Assembly: GCA_050575255.1 (NCBI GenBank)
Contig: JBNZDD010013727.1
Location: forward strand, 9,703,081 to 9,767,080
Length of the DNA: 64,000 nucleotides
Source of the DNA: Harriotta raleighana
Lineage: Eukaryota
Direction of reading: 5' to 3'
Position numbers and translations under genes: made by a program. This document shows positions 24,581 through 36,239 of the stretch, piece by piece. The number at the start of each line of letters is the position of its first letter. The first letter of the stretch is position 1. The notes beneath the pieces were generated by a model, which worked only from the letters and a program-made list of their open reading frames with translations, was not told the DNA's origin and did no database searches.

Positions 24581-27091
24581 ATAGATTTACTGATCCGAGC
24601 AGTATTAGTTGCGCTAATATTGTTAACAGAACTTAACTGTTCGGCTTGGATCAGCTTGTTGAAATTTGCTTGATTTAAAGAGGAAACCTTTTTGAAATGA
24701 GTTGGTGGATAATGCAAGTTTGTTTTTGAGATTTTATTCTCCTTTCTAGAGAAGCTTCAATTATGTTGTGCAATATTTTTAAGACAAAATTGGACATGCA
24801 ATACTTTGGCCCTACTTCAAAGCATTGGACAAATGCAGCACAGTAGATAAATGATTGTTCCCCCTTTCAAATATAGCAAATGGAAGGAATAGTGTAATAA
24901 AACTTCTGAGTATAACAAATTGGCATAAATAGGTACTGGTTGAAAATCAAGATAAACAGGAAACATTAGTCCATCCAGTGCACTTAGTGCACACCCATCA
25001 AAACAAATCTTCTCTCCCTCCCCCCCACAACCCCAGATTAAAATGATCAGAATTTTAGGTTATACACCTCCAGAGTCAATTTTCAATTTCTAAAAATACT
25101 AGGATTTTTAAAACTTCAAATTGGCTTTAAAATCGACTTAAAATAACCCTGGAATCCACTAACTAAAACAAAGTACATACCAGTGAAACACACCCAATTA
25201 GGTTCATCTTGTCTCATGGCATTTTCAGGCTTGAGTAATTTCATGATTAATGACCTAGGAGTGTAGTTTCTGTTCCCATAGTTTGTCATTTCTTTTACTG
25301 TATTGAAGGCTCTTTCCGAAGATGTGGCAAGAAGACAGCACAGGTACACAGGGTGCCTCCCAATTATAATACAAAGTTTGGGTCTTTAAAATTCAACCTT
25401 GCTTTGTAACAGATCTGCGGAAAAAATGGCCATCAGTCCCTCTTCAGGGTCACCAGAGGTCACTTTCAGTAACTGTGGGTCCACAGAATACCTGCCATAT
25501 AAGTGAACTTTCACATTAGTCAGGTTTCCCTATATATTATCAGTAGGTATATTTACAGATATGCGTGTTCGGAGATTGATTATATTGATTTTTTTATGTA
25601 ATCAGGCTAGATTCTGTGAAAAAAAAAAATCCCCTTTTGGCTTTACTGTTTTGGAAAGACTTATGTAAGGAAGAATAGTCCTTTTTTCCATAAATATCTG
25701 GCTTGCCATCAGTAAAGATGTTCATTTTCTCTTCCTCTGGCCAGTAATGTTGCAATTGTACTGTGTGTTATCGTGTGAATTCAGCGCCAAGATAACTGTG
25801 GCAAGGTAATTTCAGCAGCACTTTACATTGCAGGTGGAAAAATTCAAACTTAGACTGTTGCTTGTATTCTGACCCACTTTCAAATGATTCCTTAAAAAAA
25901 GATTCATTGGATCTCTGAAGAGCTTTCATGGGCTAGTCCTATGACCATCTCTTTTTAACTGTTTTTATTTTTTATTAGAATTTTCTATATGCACTTAGCA
26001 GAGCTCAATTCACTTTAAAAATGCATTCTTAACAAAGAAAGCATAATGTTGCTTTGCTATCAGTAGTTTAAATGGGCAAAACATTATTTTGTAAGGGCAT
26101 TTGCCTTCTTATTTTAAATGTTTGCAGATGGTAAATTTGTCAATCCATACAAATATTTTGCTTTGTCTGGCTTTCACCGAGAAAGCTAATTAATAGGTCT
26201 TGTTTTGGAAAAATGTAGTGATCCTTCTTTAGTCTTCTCTAATTTTTATGCCGTTATGTCTGATCAAGGGATGAATTGTAAATCAGTCTAAACACTGAAA
26301 CATGTTTGATATAGTTTTTTAAAATCATTGCTTTGGATAGTGTGTTGCGTGTGTTTTAGAAATTGTTTGAACAGAACAGCGAGGTATAGTTTTGTTTAAA
26401 AAGCGTGCTTGGTGTAGCAAGGTTAAATACAACAGAAAGGATTTACTGTATTAACTATATACCATTGTGATGGTGGGCACTTTGATCATGAAAGGCATCA
26501 AGAATCAAAGAACTGTTTTGTTTAGTTGTTTAGCATGACACATCTCTACATGTGTGTAACGTGTAACAAGCTCAAAGTACAAAAATATTTAGCTTTTGTT
26601 CCCACTATTTCAGTTGAAAGCGCGCATTTTTAAGAGGAGATATTTTCTGGCACATTTGTGGATGAGGGTCCTTTGTGCACAAGCGCAAAATAAGGGAACT
26701 ATTGCTGAGAAACCTTTTCAACCACTGACTGTATCAAATTTTATCTCGCTCTCATTCCTCCTCTTCCTCCCGCCCACCTTTTTCATTTATGCCTTTACTT
26801 TAGTGTAGTCTATGGATCAGAGTCCCAGGAAATATAATACTACAATTTAGATGGCGCCTTTAATGTTGGGAGGACGTCTCAAAGTTCTGAACAACCCTGG
26901 TTTGGCTCCTGAGCTGGAGTGGGAAAGAGGGTGGCATCAGGGGTTAAGGGTGCAGCAGGGGAAAGATGACCAAAAGTGTGACCAGAGATATGTTTTGAGA
27001 CTGACCTTGAACAAGAAGATGTATAACTTTTTTTAACCTAAAATTTTGCAGTTGACATGAACTCTCATTGACAAGATGACAAGTTGACAAG

Positions 27092-27710
27092 TCGCTCATT
27101 CACGCCTTTATCACTTCCAGGCTCGACTACGGGAACTCTCTTCTCGTCGGCCTTCCAGCTCCTCCCTTCATAGGCTGCAGATCATTCAGAATTCTGCAGC
27201 TAGTGTACTCTCCCGCACCAGGCTTTGCGACCACCTCACTCCCACCCTTGCCCGTCTCCACTGGCTCCACATCTCCCAGAGGATCGAATTCAAGATCCTC
27301 GTCCTCACTTTCAAGGCCATTCACAGCCTTGCCCCCGCCTATCTCTCTGACCTGCTGTCTCCCTATCAGCCTGCCCGCACCCTCCGTTCAGCAGACTCAG
27401 GCCTGGTCCGAGTCCACTGCCCTAATTGCCCAACCATCGGTGGCCGGACTTTCAGCCTCTCTGCCCCCACACTATGGAACTCCATCCCGCAGTCCCTCCA
27501 CTTTGCTTCCTCCCTTTCCTCCATCAAGGTCGGTCTCCAGACCTTCCTCTTCGGCTCCCCCTCTAACTCTTCCCCCTCTCCCACTCTCCTTGCCCTTTCC
27601 CCAATGCCGCCCCTCCCCCGCCCCTGCTTGATTCCAGACCTGACTGTTCAGCGCTTTGGGACATCCTCCCGACCTGAAAGGCGCTATATAAGTGTAATTT
27701 GTTGTTGTTA
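27092..27710 (+). mobile_element. Comparatively well-preserved LINE2 3' fragment
   Basis: Translates LIHAFITSRLDYGNSLLVGLP / LQIIQNSAASVL...LHWLHISQRIEFKILVLTFKAIHSLAPAYLSDLL...LWNSIP. Intact 3' tail with (TTG)n. Confidence 0.92.
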
Positions 27711-28429
27711 TTTTGTCAGATACGTTCTGACTTATTGGACTTCACAGAGTTTCCAACAATCATCAGTCATAGATAATGTTGATAGTCAGCACAAGTGATT
27801 GTTTTATGGATGTTCAATGGTTCACACTGTCAATAGTCTCTTGAAAAAAAAGATATTTCCTACATTCTTATTTTTATGTTGATAGTTTGCATGATGTATG
27901 TCATTGTGATTTGGATGTCAAATGGCCACCTCGTGACTATCCTCCAACTGGGCATACTCAAGGAATGTAAGCTATAACTGACTCTATAGTGTTGGACTTT
28001 GCAATGGAATGTCAGAATTGATTTGACTGGGATACGTTTCGTAATCCTTTTCTGAGCTAGGTGGGTCTACAGTACTCCCAAGACAATAGTGATGACAACC
28101 AGCCAGCTAGGCTTGTCAGGAGGATTTAGTGAGGCAGCGACTAGGAGCAGGGATTCTCTCCACTCAGCTCTTATTAACCCTGTAAACCAAAGCTATTAGT
28201 AAATCTGGAGATCCTAGCTGGTCAAGCAGCAGAAAGCTTGTCAGACAGAGCTATGCGGCTTTAAAGCCCCACAATACTGCACGTTTTGCCATTGTCTGCC
28301 ATATACTATCTAGAATTAGACAAATTGAGTGTTTTCCACTTCACGGAGAGAGTGCACATTCCAACTCGCACACAAGAACATTTGCATTGCTAGGTGCATT
28401 ACACATATGATACTCTAGTTTGGATAATA

Positions 28430-29426
28430 CAGTTAACCCTTGTTGATCGCGGGGGTTATGTTCCTGGAAAACTGCGCACTCAAAGAAATCGCGTGGAGAA
28501 GCTTATGGGAAAAGGGGGGTTAGGGGAATCCAGTCGCAGGCTACCCACCTCAAGCCTCCAGCACATCCAATGCAAGGTACCTACTGAGGCGAGCTACAGC
28601 TGGCTAGCCCGCTTCTTGCTCCGCCTGCCTCTCCCCGCTCTTGTTGCTCTCCCCCCCCCAGTCTTCCTACTCTCGTCTCTCCTACCACCCAGGAAGTGGG
28701 CAAATCAGGGCAGCCCGGGAGGGAGGCAGAGAGAAATCGGGGAGAGTGGCAGGCGGGCGAGGGAGGACAGAGAACCGCTCTGAGGCGTGGCGAGACTCGG
28801 GGAGGTGTAGGGCAGCGAGCTGCTCGGAGGCGGGGGGGGATTCGGGAGGTGCAGGGCAGCGAGCCAATCGTAGGCGCGGGGGGACTCGGGGAGGTATGGG
28901 GCAGCGAGCCGCTCGGAGATGGGGTAGGGGACTCGGGGAGGTGGGGGCAGCGAGCGCAGAGTGCTGGGGTCACAGAAAGGTTACAGCGGCTTTGTTATCG
29001 CTTTATTGCTATAATAAAGTGATAAAAAAGCAGTAAAGCAATAAAACAACAGGGTAAATTAGCCTACATTGCTGTACGATTCCTGTCTCTCTCTTTTTGT
29101 CTCTTCTGTTTACCATGCAACGCAATAAGATTCTCCGATGCCGAAGCGTTATTCTATCTATCCAGAATGCATTGTGCGCGGGTTTCAGCTTTAGTCGGGA
29201 TCTGTCGGCCTTGTCAAAAATGCGCATGCACGTGGGACCAGCCAGCCGAGGAATCATCGGATTTAGTTGGGAGCTATTGGCGTCTTCACCCGTGTGTATG
29301 TGCGTGCGGGCTGGCCAGCATGTATACACAAGTTTTATGCACACTGTACAAAATAGTGATGCTTTTGTTTTGTCATGTATACTTGAATTCGCAATTGATA
29401 AAGTCGCCTTCGATGAGGGTTAACTA
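28430..29426. mobile_element. Tigger-like non-autonomous DNA transposon with GC-rich interior
   Basis: TA-CAGTTAACCCT...CGCGGGGGTTATGTTCC left end and AGGGTTAACT right end. CpG-rich interior contrasts with the host DNA. Confidence 0.8.
28793..28957 (+). repeat. GC-rich minisatellite, ~4 units of ~44 bp (gactcggggaggtgtagggcagcgagc...)
   Basis: Unit core recurs four times within the transposon. Confidence 0.8.
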
Positions 29427-29793
29427 ATAATAATCCTTGCATTTGATGTAGCGCTTTTCACGTCTTCTAGACATCTCAAAGCACTTCATAGAATATACTG
29501 TGAAGTGTATTGACTGCATATTTGTCGGCAAAATGCGGCAGCCAATTGTGCACAGTAGTGTCCCATAAACAGTTGTGGACTAAAATAATCAATTGATTAT
29601 TGTTTTTTTGAGGGATTATTATTAGGTGTGTGGAAGTAAAAAAAAAAAAAAATTTGCCCAAGGTTTCACCCTANATTATTGTTTTTTTGAGGGATTATTA
29701 TTAGGTGTGTGGAAGTAAAAAAAATTAAAAAAAATTTGCCCAAGGTTTCACCCTAACTGGAATTGAACCGAGGTCTCTCGCTTGTAAAGGCGA
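29427..29793 (-). mobile_element. tRNA-derived SINE (5'-truncated; includes N-bounded duplication)
   Basis: taataatccttgcatttgatgtagcgcttttcacgtcttctagacatctc...aattgaaccgaggtctctcgcttgtaa. Confidence 0.85.
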
Positions 29794-31002
29794 TGGTTGG
29801 TTATTGTACATGTAACACATCTGGGCATAAAAAATCAAAAAATGAAACGAGCATTTGAAAGGTGTTGATGTTTTACTTTTGTAGGAATTAATCCAAGTAT
29901 GGGTATTTTATATTTTTTTAAAGAAAGTAACCTGTGGTATTTCTTAGGAAGGAGTTCTGTTAGAATTTACACTGCCATCTGGGAACTCCATTCTGGAAGT
30001 AGATCTCATCAAATAGAGATTCAGCAAACTAGCGTGACACACTTCCAGTTACTCGGAACAAATGCTGCTTTGCGTAACACAGATTCCCTAATCAGGAATC
30101 CCGTTAAGAAATGCTTCAAATTAAATTCCTACTGAGCAAACAGAGTAGAAATGTTATACTGTTCAAAAAATCTTGAAACTATCATATACCAATCCTGTTT
30201 GGGCTAGTGGTTACAATGGTGAGAGGCAAATAATTAATCTCAAATTTATACTTAGTGAAAAGCCATTTGTGCTGACATTATTCTGGCCATATTTTTGTTT
30301 CTGTTTCAAAGTCCACACCACATTGGTGTACGTAGTAATGTTCTGTCATTACACAAAAAATGGTTTTATTTTCATGGTATGTTCCAGAAACTGACTGGCT
30401 TGTTTTTTGTTGCTGAAACAGGAATTCTTTTCAGCAGTTTGCTACCCAGCAGGTGCAGTAAATGTTGCATGATACTGTGTCTTACCTAAATATTGTGCAA
30501 TGTAATGTCGCATTAACTCCTATCCCTGCAGGAATGTTGCCCTAGTTACCAAACCCAGAATCCAGGTGTATCTAACGTGTTCTATAATTATGAGAGTGGC
30601 AATTTATGTGGAAACGTCCTTGCCTTTCATTTTAATCTGTAGGCAGTTTCTGGGTGGGTGGCTGTTGACAGCAAGTTTTTCTTATATAGACAGACAGCAG
30701 AGGTAATACTCTGTGTCATGCAAGCTAAAAGGAGGGTGGAATGTTTGTGCAATTCAGCTGACGTCAGAAATGGTAGCTGCCCACACACTGTTCAGTCATA
30801 CTATAACAGGTAATGTCCAAAGTGCCACTCAGTTTTATGACCAGCCCACGTTCATAGATGAAATTAGTGAGTTAGTCAGTTCGTGCTTGTTCATTGGAAC
30901 ATTGCTGTCTTACTAGCTTTGGACTTTAGAGTAAAGGACTTTAGACTGAGTTACTTTCCTTATTCTGTCTAACTAAGTAGTTCATTCACTTCACTTTTTC
31001 AG

Positions 31003-31109
31003 GACAACATTAATGTTTTCCTGAAGGGTTGTCAGAAAATTGGTTTGAAAGAAGCACAGCTGTTTCACCCAGGAGACCTCCAGGATTTATCAACTCGTGT
31101 CACTGTCAA
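31003..31109 (+). CDS. LMO7: LMO7 exon, CH domain ([36 protein letters not shown]), 107 nt, phase 0-2
   Basis: cactttttcag acceptor, AA|gtaagt donor. Near-identical to the LMO7 CH core. Confidence 0.97.
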
Positions 31110-34100
31110 GTAAGTGTTGCTTTGTATTTAACTAACAAACCAATGGGACTGACCCTGTCTGAGTGTGATCAGGATTGTTGAATTTGCATGGGTCTTGTTG
31201 CTTAAAGCTGGTGTTTTCATATTAATGGAATTAAATGTGGAAAAGAGTTTTCAATTAAATTGAAAATTGTTTGTGTTTGGAGGGCGGGGGGGGAGTAAGA
31301 GAAGATGAACAAACATTGACAACATTTTATGTATTATCGGTGTAAGAGTGGATCATTTTGTGCATCGTATTATACATTCTCCCTTGGATGAAATTCATAA
31401 AATTTCAGTTTACATTGATGTATTCACAGAAGTGGCTTCTCAGTTTACAGAAACTTCCAGTGTAGTTTCCTTGAAAGATTAGGAAGTGGGGGAACTTAAA
31501 CCCTTTGTACTGAAATTTTTGTTCAGTATTATTCAGAGTGAAGATTTCAATGTGATTTTGTTATTTATGAAGGCATTCAAGATAAATGGGAGGGGAGTGG
31601 AAAGACTATAGCAAATCATCAACCCCAGTAATGGTTCAAATCCTGTTCCCTGAATGGATTAAAAATAATCCGTAGCTCTGGAGTTAGAGACTTTGAACAG
31701 GTTTTTTTTTGTATGTGAATAAAGCAAACTAAAGTTTAATTTTGATACAGAGTAGTCAGTATCAATTAGACCATACTTTTTGTGGCTGATTGAGTCACTA
31801 TAAATAGAATGTTATGTTTGGGATATACAGTATTAAGCAAATACGGAAGAAAGGAATTGTTTTTGGTAAAGGACTGTTCTGGGTTCAGCATCAGAGAGCT
31901 TTCTCACGATAGATAAAAAGAAGAAAATGTATTTTTGAACTTATCACTAAAGTGTTTTAAATGTATCTTGAATAACCGGTTTTGACATTAACCATAAGTG
32001 AATGTGGTTGAACTGGTTTCTTTAGTGTTCGGGTTGCAGCGAAAAGTGAGAAAATAAGACCATTAACCCTTTGCCCGCACTATCAGTTTGAACTCTTGTT
32101 GAAGTACCAGTAGATTGGATTGCTGTTTCATGCTTTGTTAAATGGATAAGTGCTTTAATAGTGATGGCTATAATTCTAAATTAATGGATGTAGTGCATCA
32201 AAAAATTTGAATGACATTCCTTCTGGAGATCTTCACCAGCTGTTTTAAAACAATTGGGATTGTGAATCTTAATTTAGTTCTGAAGTAGTTGCTTTGGTGA
32301 ATGAGATTGGTAAAAAACTGATTGAACTGAATTGCATCCTAAAAGAGATATATGTGAAAGTGCTTCGGATTTCAGTGCACAAAATCTCCTTTAATTGCTA
32401 GGAGATATTCACTAACACAGTATAACTGTGGTAAGTTGAATGGGGAGAAAATAATTGTAATAGTAAACTAGTTAGTTTGAAGATAAAAATGTTCATGGAA
32501 CTTGATCCATTTACAAAGGTCCTCTCTCCTGAGTCAAATTACAACTTTGTTTTGGTACAAAACATCAGTATCAAATTCCAGATGTATAACATCAGAATCA
32601 ATTTATCTGTTGTAGTGTGGAGAAACTAAATGTGTAATTCCCTCAGATTGATCAGCATCAGCATTAAAATGGTGCCTTCCCTGCTCCTCCACATTTCTCA
32701 ATGTATTATATCCATGACACATAGGCACCTGTGTTTGTATATTTTACCATTTCTAGTGGTTAACCTTTCACAATTTAATTCAACTCCTGCAACATAATGT
32801 CAAAGATAAATTCACTGAATTTTTTAATGCTCAAATTAATTTTACTGCTTGGTAGGTATGGGCAAGGTATACTTGCCTTTCTTGGTAAATGTAGCAGTAG
32901 CTTATTGGCATTAGGGGACTTGTTGAGGCCTTCTTGAAGTTTCATCCACTATTGCAAGAGATGAGAGGATGGCTCTGCAGAGGAAATTTCAAGACCGTAG
33001 ACATTGGTCTCAACTTGAGAGCAAACCTCACTGATAGAATACAAATTTACATTTCTACAGTGCCTTTCTCATTGGCAGGATGATCCAAGATACTTGATAC
33101 TGGCTTAGTACCCGCACTGGGGATGGAATCTAAATGGGTAGGGAGGGGAAAGATGACCAAAAGCACGGGTGAGTGTACATCAGTAATAATAATCCTTGCA
33201 TTTGGGCCTTTCACGTCAGGTGGACATCTCAAAGGATACATTTCACTAGCGTGTAGGCCTACATTTGGAGAAATTCCCTTCTTTTTCAATCATTAACGTT
33301 ACCTGAAAAAGCGGATCGGATCTCAGTTGTTCAGTAAAAAATTAGTTGTGTTTTGTACACATCACCGGGAACAAAATATAAATCCTTTCACTCTAATGTG
33401 TGCGGTTTACTGGGCATCACGATGTGTTTGTCCTGCTGAAAGTGCCCCACTTCAATTTAGTGCTAATATATTGGTAGCTCATACTATTTTGAAACATTTT
33501 ACAGTCTAATGGAAGCCATTCTGTAACTGTATTGTGTGGATTTGTCATTGTCTTCTCTGTGGTGTGTCTGAATATTTACAAAGGGTCTGAAAAGTTGCTT
33601 TTCGTTAATGGATCCTTATCTTGGCACCATGCGATCTTTTGATCTGTGAAGCTATTCTGAATACAATAGTTCCTGATGTCTAAACAGTTGCAGTCAGTGG
33701 TGCCTTGAAGGAAGTGATTTCCATAACTGGATGGTTGTTAAATGTCATACCATACACCTTTGATTCATTTACAATCTGAATGATCAAATCAAGGTGAAGT
33801 AAAAATATTTAGGAGTGGCTTTATGGCAAGAGTGTATCTTGGAGAAGAGATGGCTCATTATCCAAGCCTGGTACTGCTGTGGAATTTGTCCTGTTTGTTT
33901 GCTGGGTGTGTTCCCCAGAGGAGGCACAACCCAAGGAATGTTCATTTTTGAAACCTCTGTTTGTGACTTTCATTTTCCAGTGGCTGGACTTTTCTTCATC
34001 TGTGGGGAAGGGAAAGAAAAACAGTTCAAGCTGCAGTTGTGGCAGATGCTGTGTACCAAACATTTAGGCCTAATAACGTTCAATTTGGGGATCAAATGTA

Positions 34101-34334
34101 CAAGAGAACTATAATTAGATTTCTACTCTTTAAGTTGAACTGGAGCCACCTGAATATTGAACAGTGCTTAGTAGTTGGGATATCATATCTTTCTGATCTG
34201 GATTTTGCGACATGTGAGGTCTGTGGTCTATGATAACTGCAATTACATCTAACCATTCTGCATTACCTAGAAATCTGCTCCTCATATTTTGTAGTTAATG
34301 ATCCCCTAGTAAAATCAGGGTGAATAACAATCAT

Positions 34335-34710
34335 AATAATAATAATGCTGATCATTTCATTTGATATGGTATCTTATCATGTCTTTGAGGGGTCTCAAAG
34401 TGCTTCACAGTATGTACTGTAAAGTGAATTGACTATAGTTTGTGGGAAAAATGTGGCAGCCAATTGTGCACAGCAGTGTCCCATAAACAATTGTAGGATT
34501 GAAGTGAACAAATTAAAAAAAGAAAAGAAATTATTACCCTCAGAAAAGTGATCCGCCAATTGCTTACTGATTGGGTTCTTACTTACTGCTCGGGGGTAAA
34601 TAAAGTCATGTAGAGTTAGGAAAACAGCCCAACATTTCACCCGGCCTGAAATTGAATCCAGGTCTCTTGCTTGTGAGACAAGTGTTCTAACCACTGTGCT
34701 ATAGGTCTTC
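34335..34710 (-). mobile_element. tRNA-derived SINE, longer subfamily
   Basis: Tail, gcagccaattgtgcacagcagtgtcc core and head (attgaatccaggtctcttgcttgtgag...taaccactgtgctatagg). Confidence 0.85.
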
Positions 34711-34724
34711 ACGTATTTGCAATG

Positions 34725-36066
34725 GAATGAATCATTATTTCCCAACTTCGCTCCTTCCTCTCCCGGCATTCCCTTCATGAACGCTTCCAATCGTGCTTGT
34801 GTGCCGCCCACAGCACAGAAACAACTTCGCTCAAAAATGACAAATGACATTTTGTCCATCTGCGATTGGGGCTCCCTCGGCCTCCTCGTCCTACTTCACT
34901 TCTCTGCTGCCTTCGATACTATTGACCACTCTATCTGCCGTTCACCTTTACGTTCTTTCCTTGAATGGTTCAGATCATACCACTCACACCGTCTCCACTT
35001 CATCTTCAGAAACGATTTCTCCTCTAGTCCCTGCACTTGTGTGGGGTTCCTCAGGGCTCCGTACTTGGTCTTCTCCTTTTCAATATCTATATGCTCCCTT
35101 GTGGTGGCATTATCTACAGAAATCAGGTCAATTTCCACATGTATGTGGATGGCACCCAACTCTCTAGCTCCAGTCTTCACTCCAGGATCACTGCTGTCTT
35201 GACAGAATGTCTGTCAGACATCAAATCCTGGATGAGAGCTAACTTTCTCAGTGAAATGTCAACGAGACCGAGTCCTGCCTGATAGGCTACTGTCAGTGCC
35301 TCCACATCTCAGGCACTGACAGCATCACAATCCAACTATCCACCATCCACTTTACTATGCCAGCCTTGTTTTGCCCTCCACTATTCTTTTTCTCCACATC
35401 CATGCCATGACCCGCTCTTGCCTTCCCCCACCTTTGCAACATCACCCGGATCCGCCACTGTCTCACCAAAGGCTGCCAACTCCTTGTACAAGTATTTGTA
35501 ACATTCAGGCTCAACTATGCAAACTCCCTTGTCCTTCCCCAACAACTCTCTTCACAGGCTGCAGATCATCCAGAATCTGTAGCCTGTGCACCTCTCTGAC
35601 AACAGGCTCTGTGACCCTATTGCCCTCATCTCTCCCAACTCCACTGGCTTCCCGTCACACAGAAGGTACATGGTCCTCACTTTCAAAGCCCTCCATGCTG
35701 TTGCTCCCACCTATCCCTGCGACCTCCTAACCCCCTACCATTCTGCTCGCTCCCTCCACTCAGTGGGCTCTGGCCTGCTTCACGTCCCCTGCCCCGCATG
35801 CACCACCATTGGCAGGTGGGCCTTTTGCCATCACCTTCTGGAACTCCATCCCACAGTGCCTCCGTCTTGCACCCACCCTTGCTTCCTTCAAGAACCATCT
35901 CAAAACCTGTCCCTTCAACCATGTCTTTGGTCACCCTCCTCCCCACCACCCACCCTCACCAATCCCAACTCCCACCCTCGGGTCTGAAACATTGATTGTC
36001 CAGCAACTTGGGATGTGCTCCCAATGTGATCTCTCTGTGCAAATGTCTATTTTTTGCTTGTTTGTT
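34725..36066 (+). mobile_element. LINE2 RT-domain-to-3'-end fragment, frameshifted
   Basis: LVLLHFSAAFDTIDHSI, GVPQGSVLGLLLFNIYMLP, FHMYVDGTQL (decayed YADD), LSDIKSWMRANFL, FWNSIP. Confidence 0.92.
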
Positions 36067-36239
36067 TGACTGACTGAGGCCAGTATGCATTTCTTTCAGG
36101 TACTGTATTTTCTTTTTGGGATGAAAAGTAGTTTTCCTGCAAGAGTGCCCTCAAAAACCTCCAGTTTTCCAAAAATATATATTTATAAATATATTTAGTG
36201 CAACATAAATACAAACCAAAATACAATTTCTTCATTTCC

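Noticed and set aside
25745-25805. Exon-like segment (ctcttcctctggccag ... AAG|gtaatt)
   Set aside because: Begins with TAA in the needed phase 0, is not a multiple of 3, and has no homology.
28793-28957. Repeat-spacer-like pattern suggestive of CRISPR
   Set aside because: Units are degenerate, the 'spacers' are related to each other, the context is eukaryotic, and there are no cas genes.
28394-29427. Stack of overlapping 100-130 aa ORFs
   Set aside because: GC-rich transposon interior and minisatellite lacking stops; no transposase or other domain recognisable.
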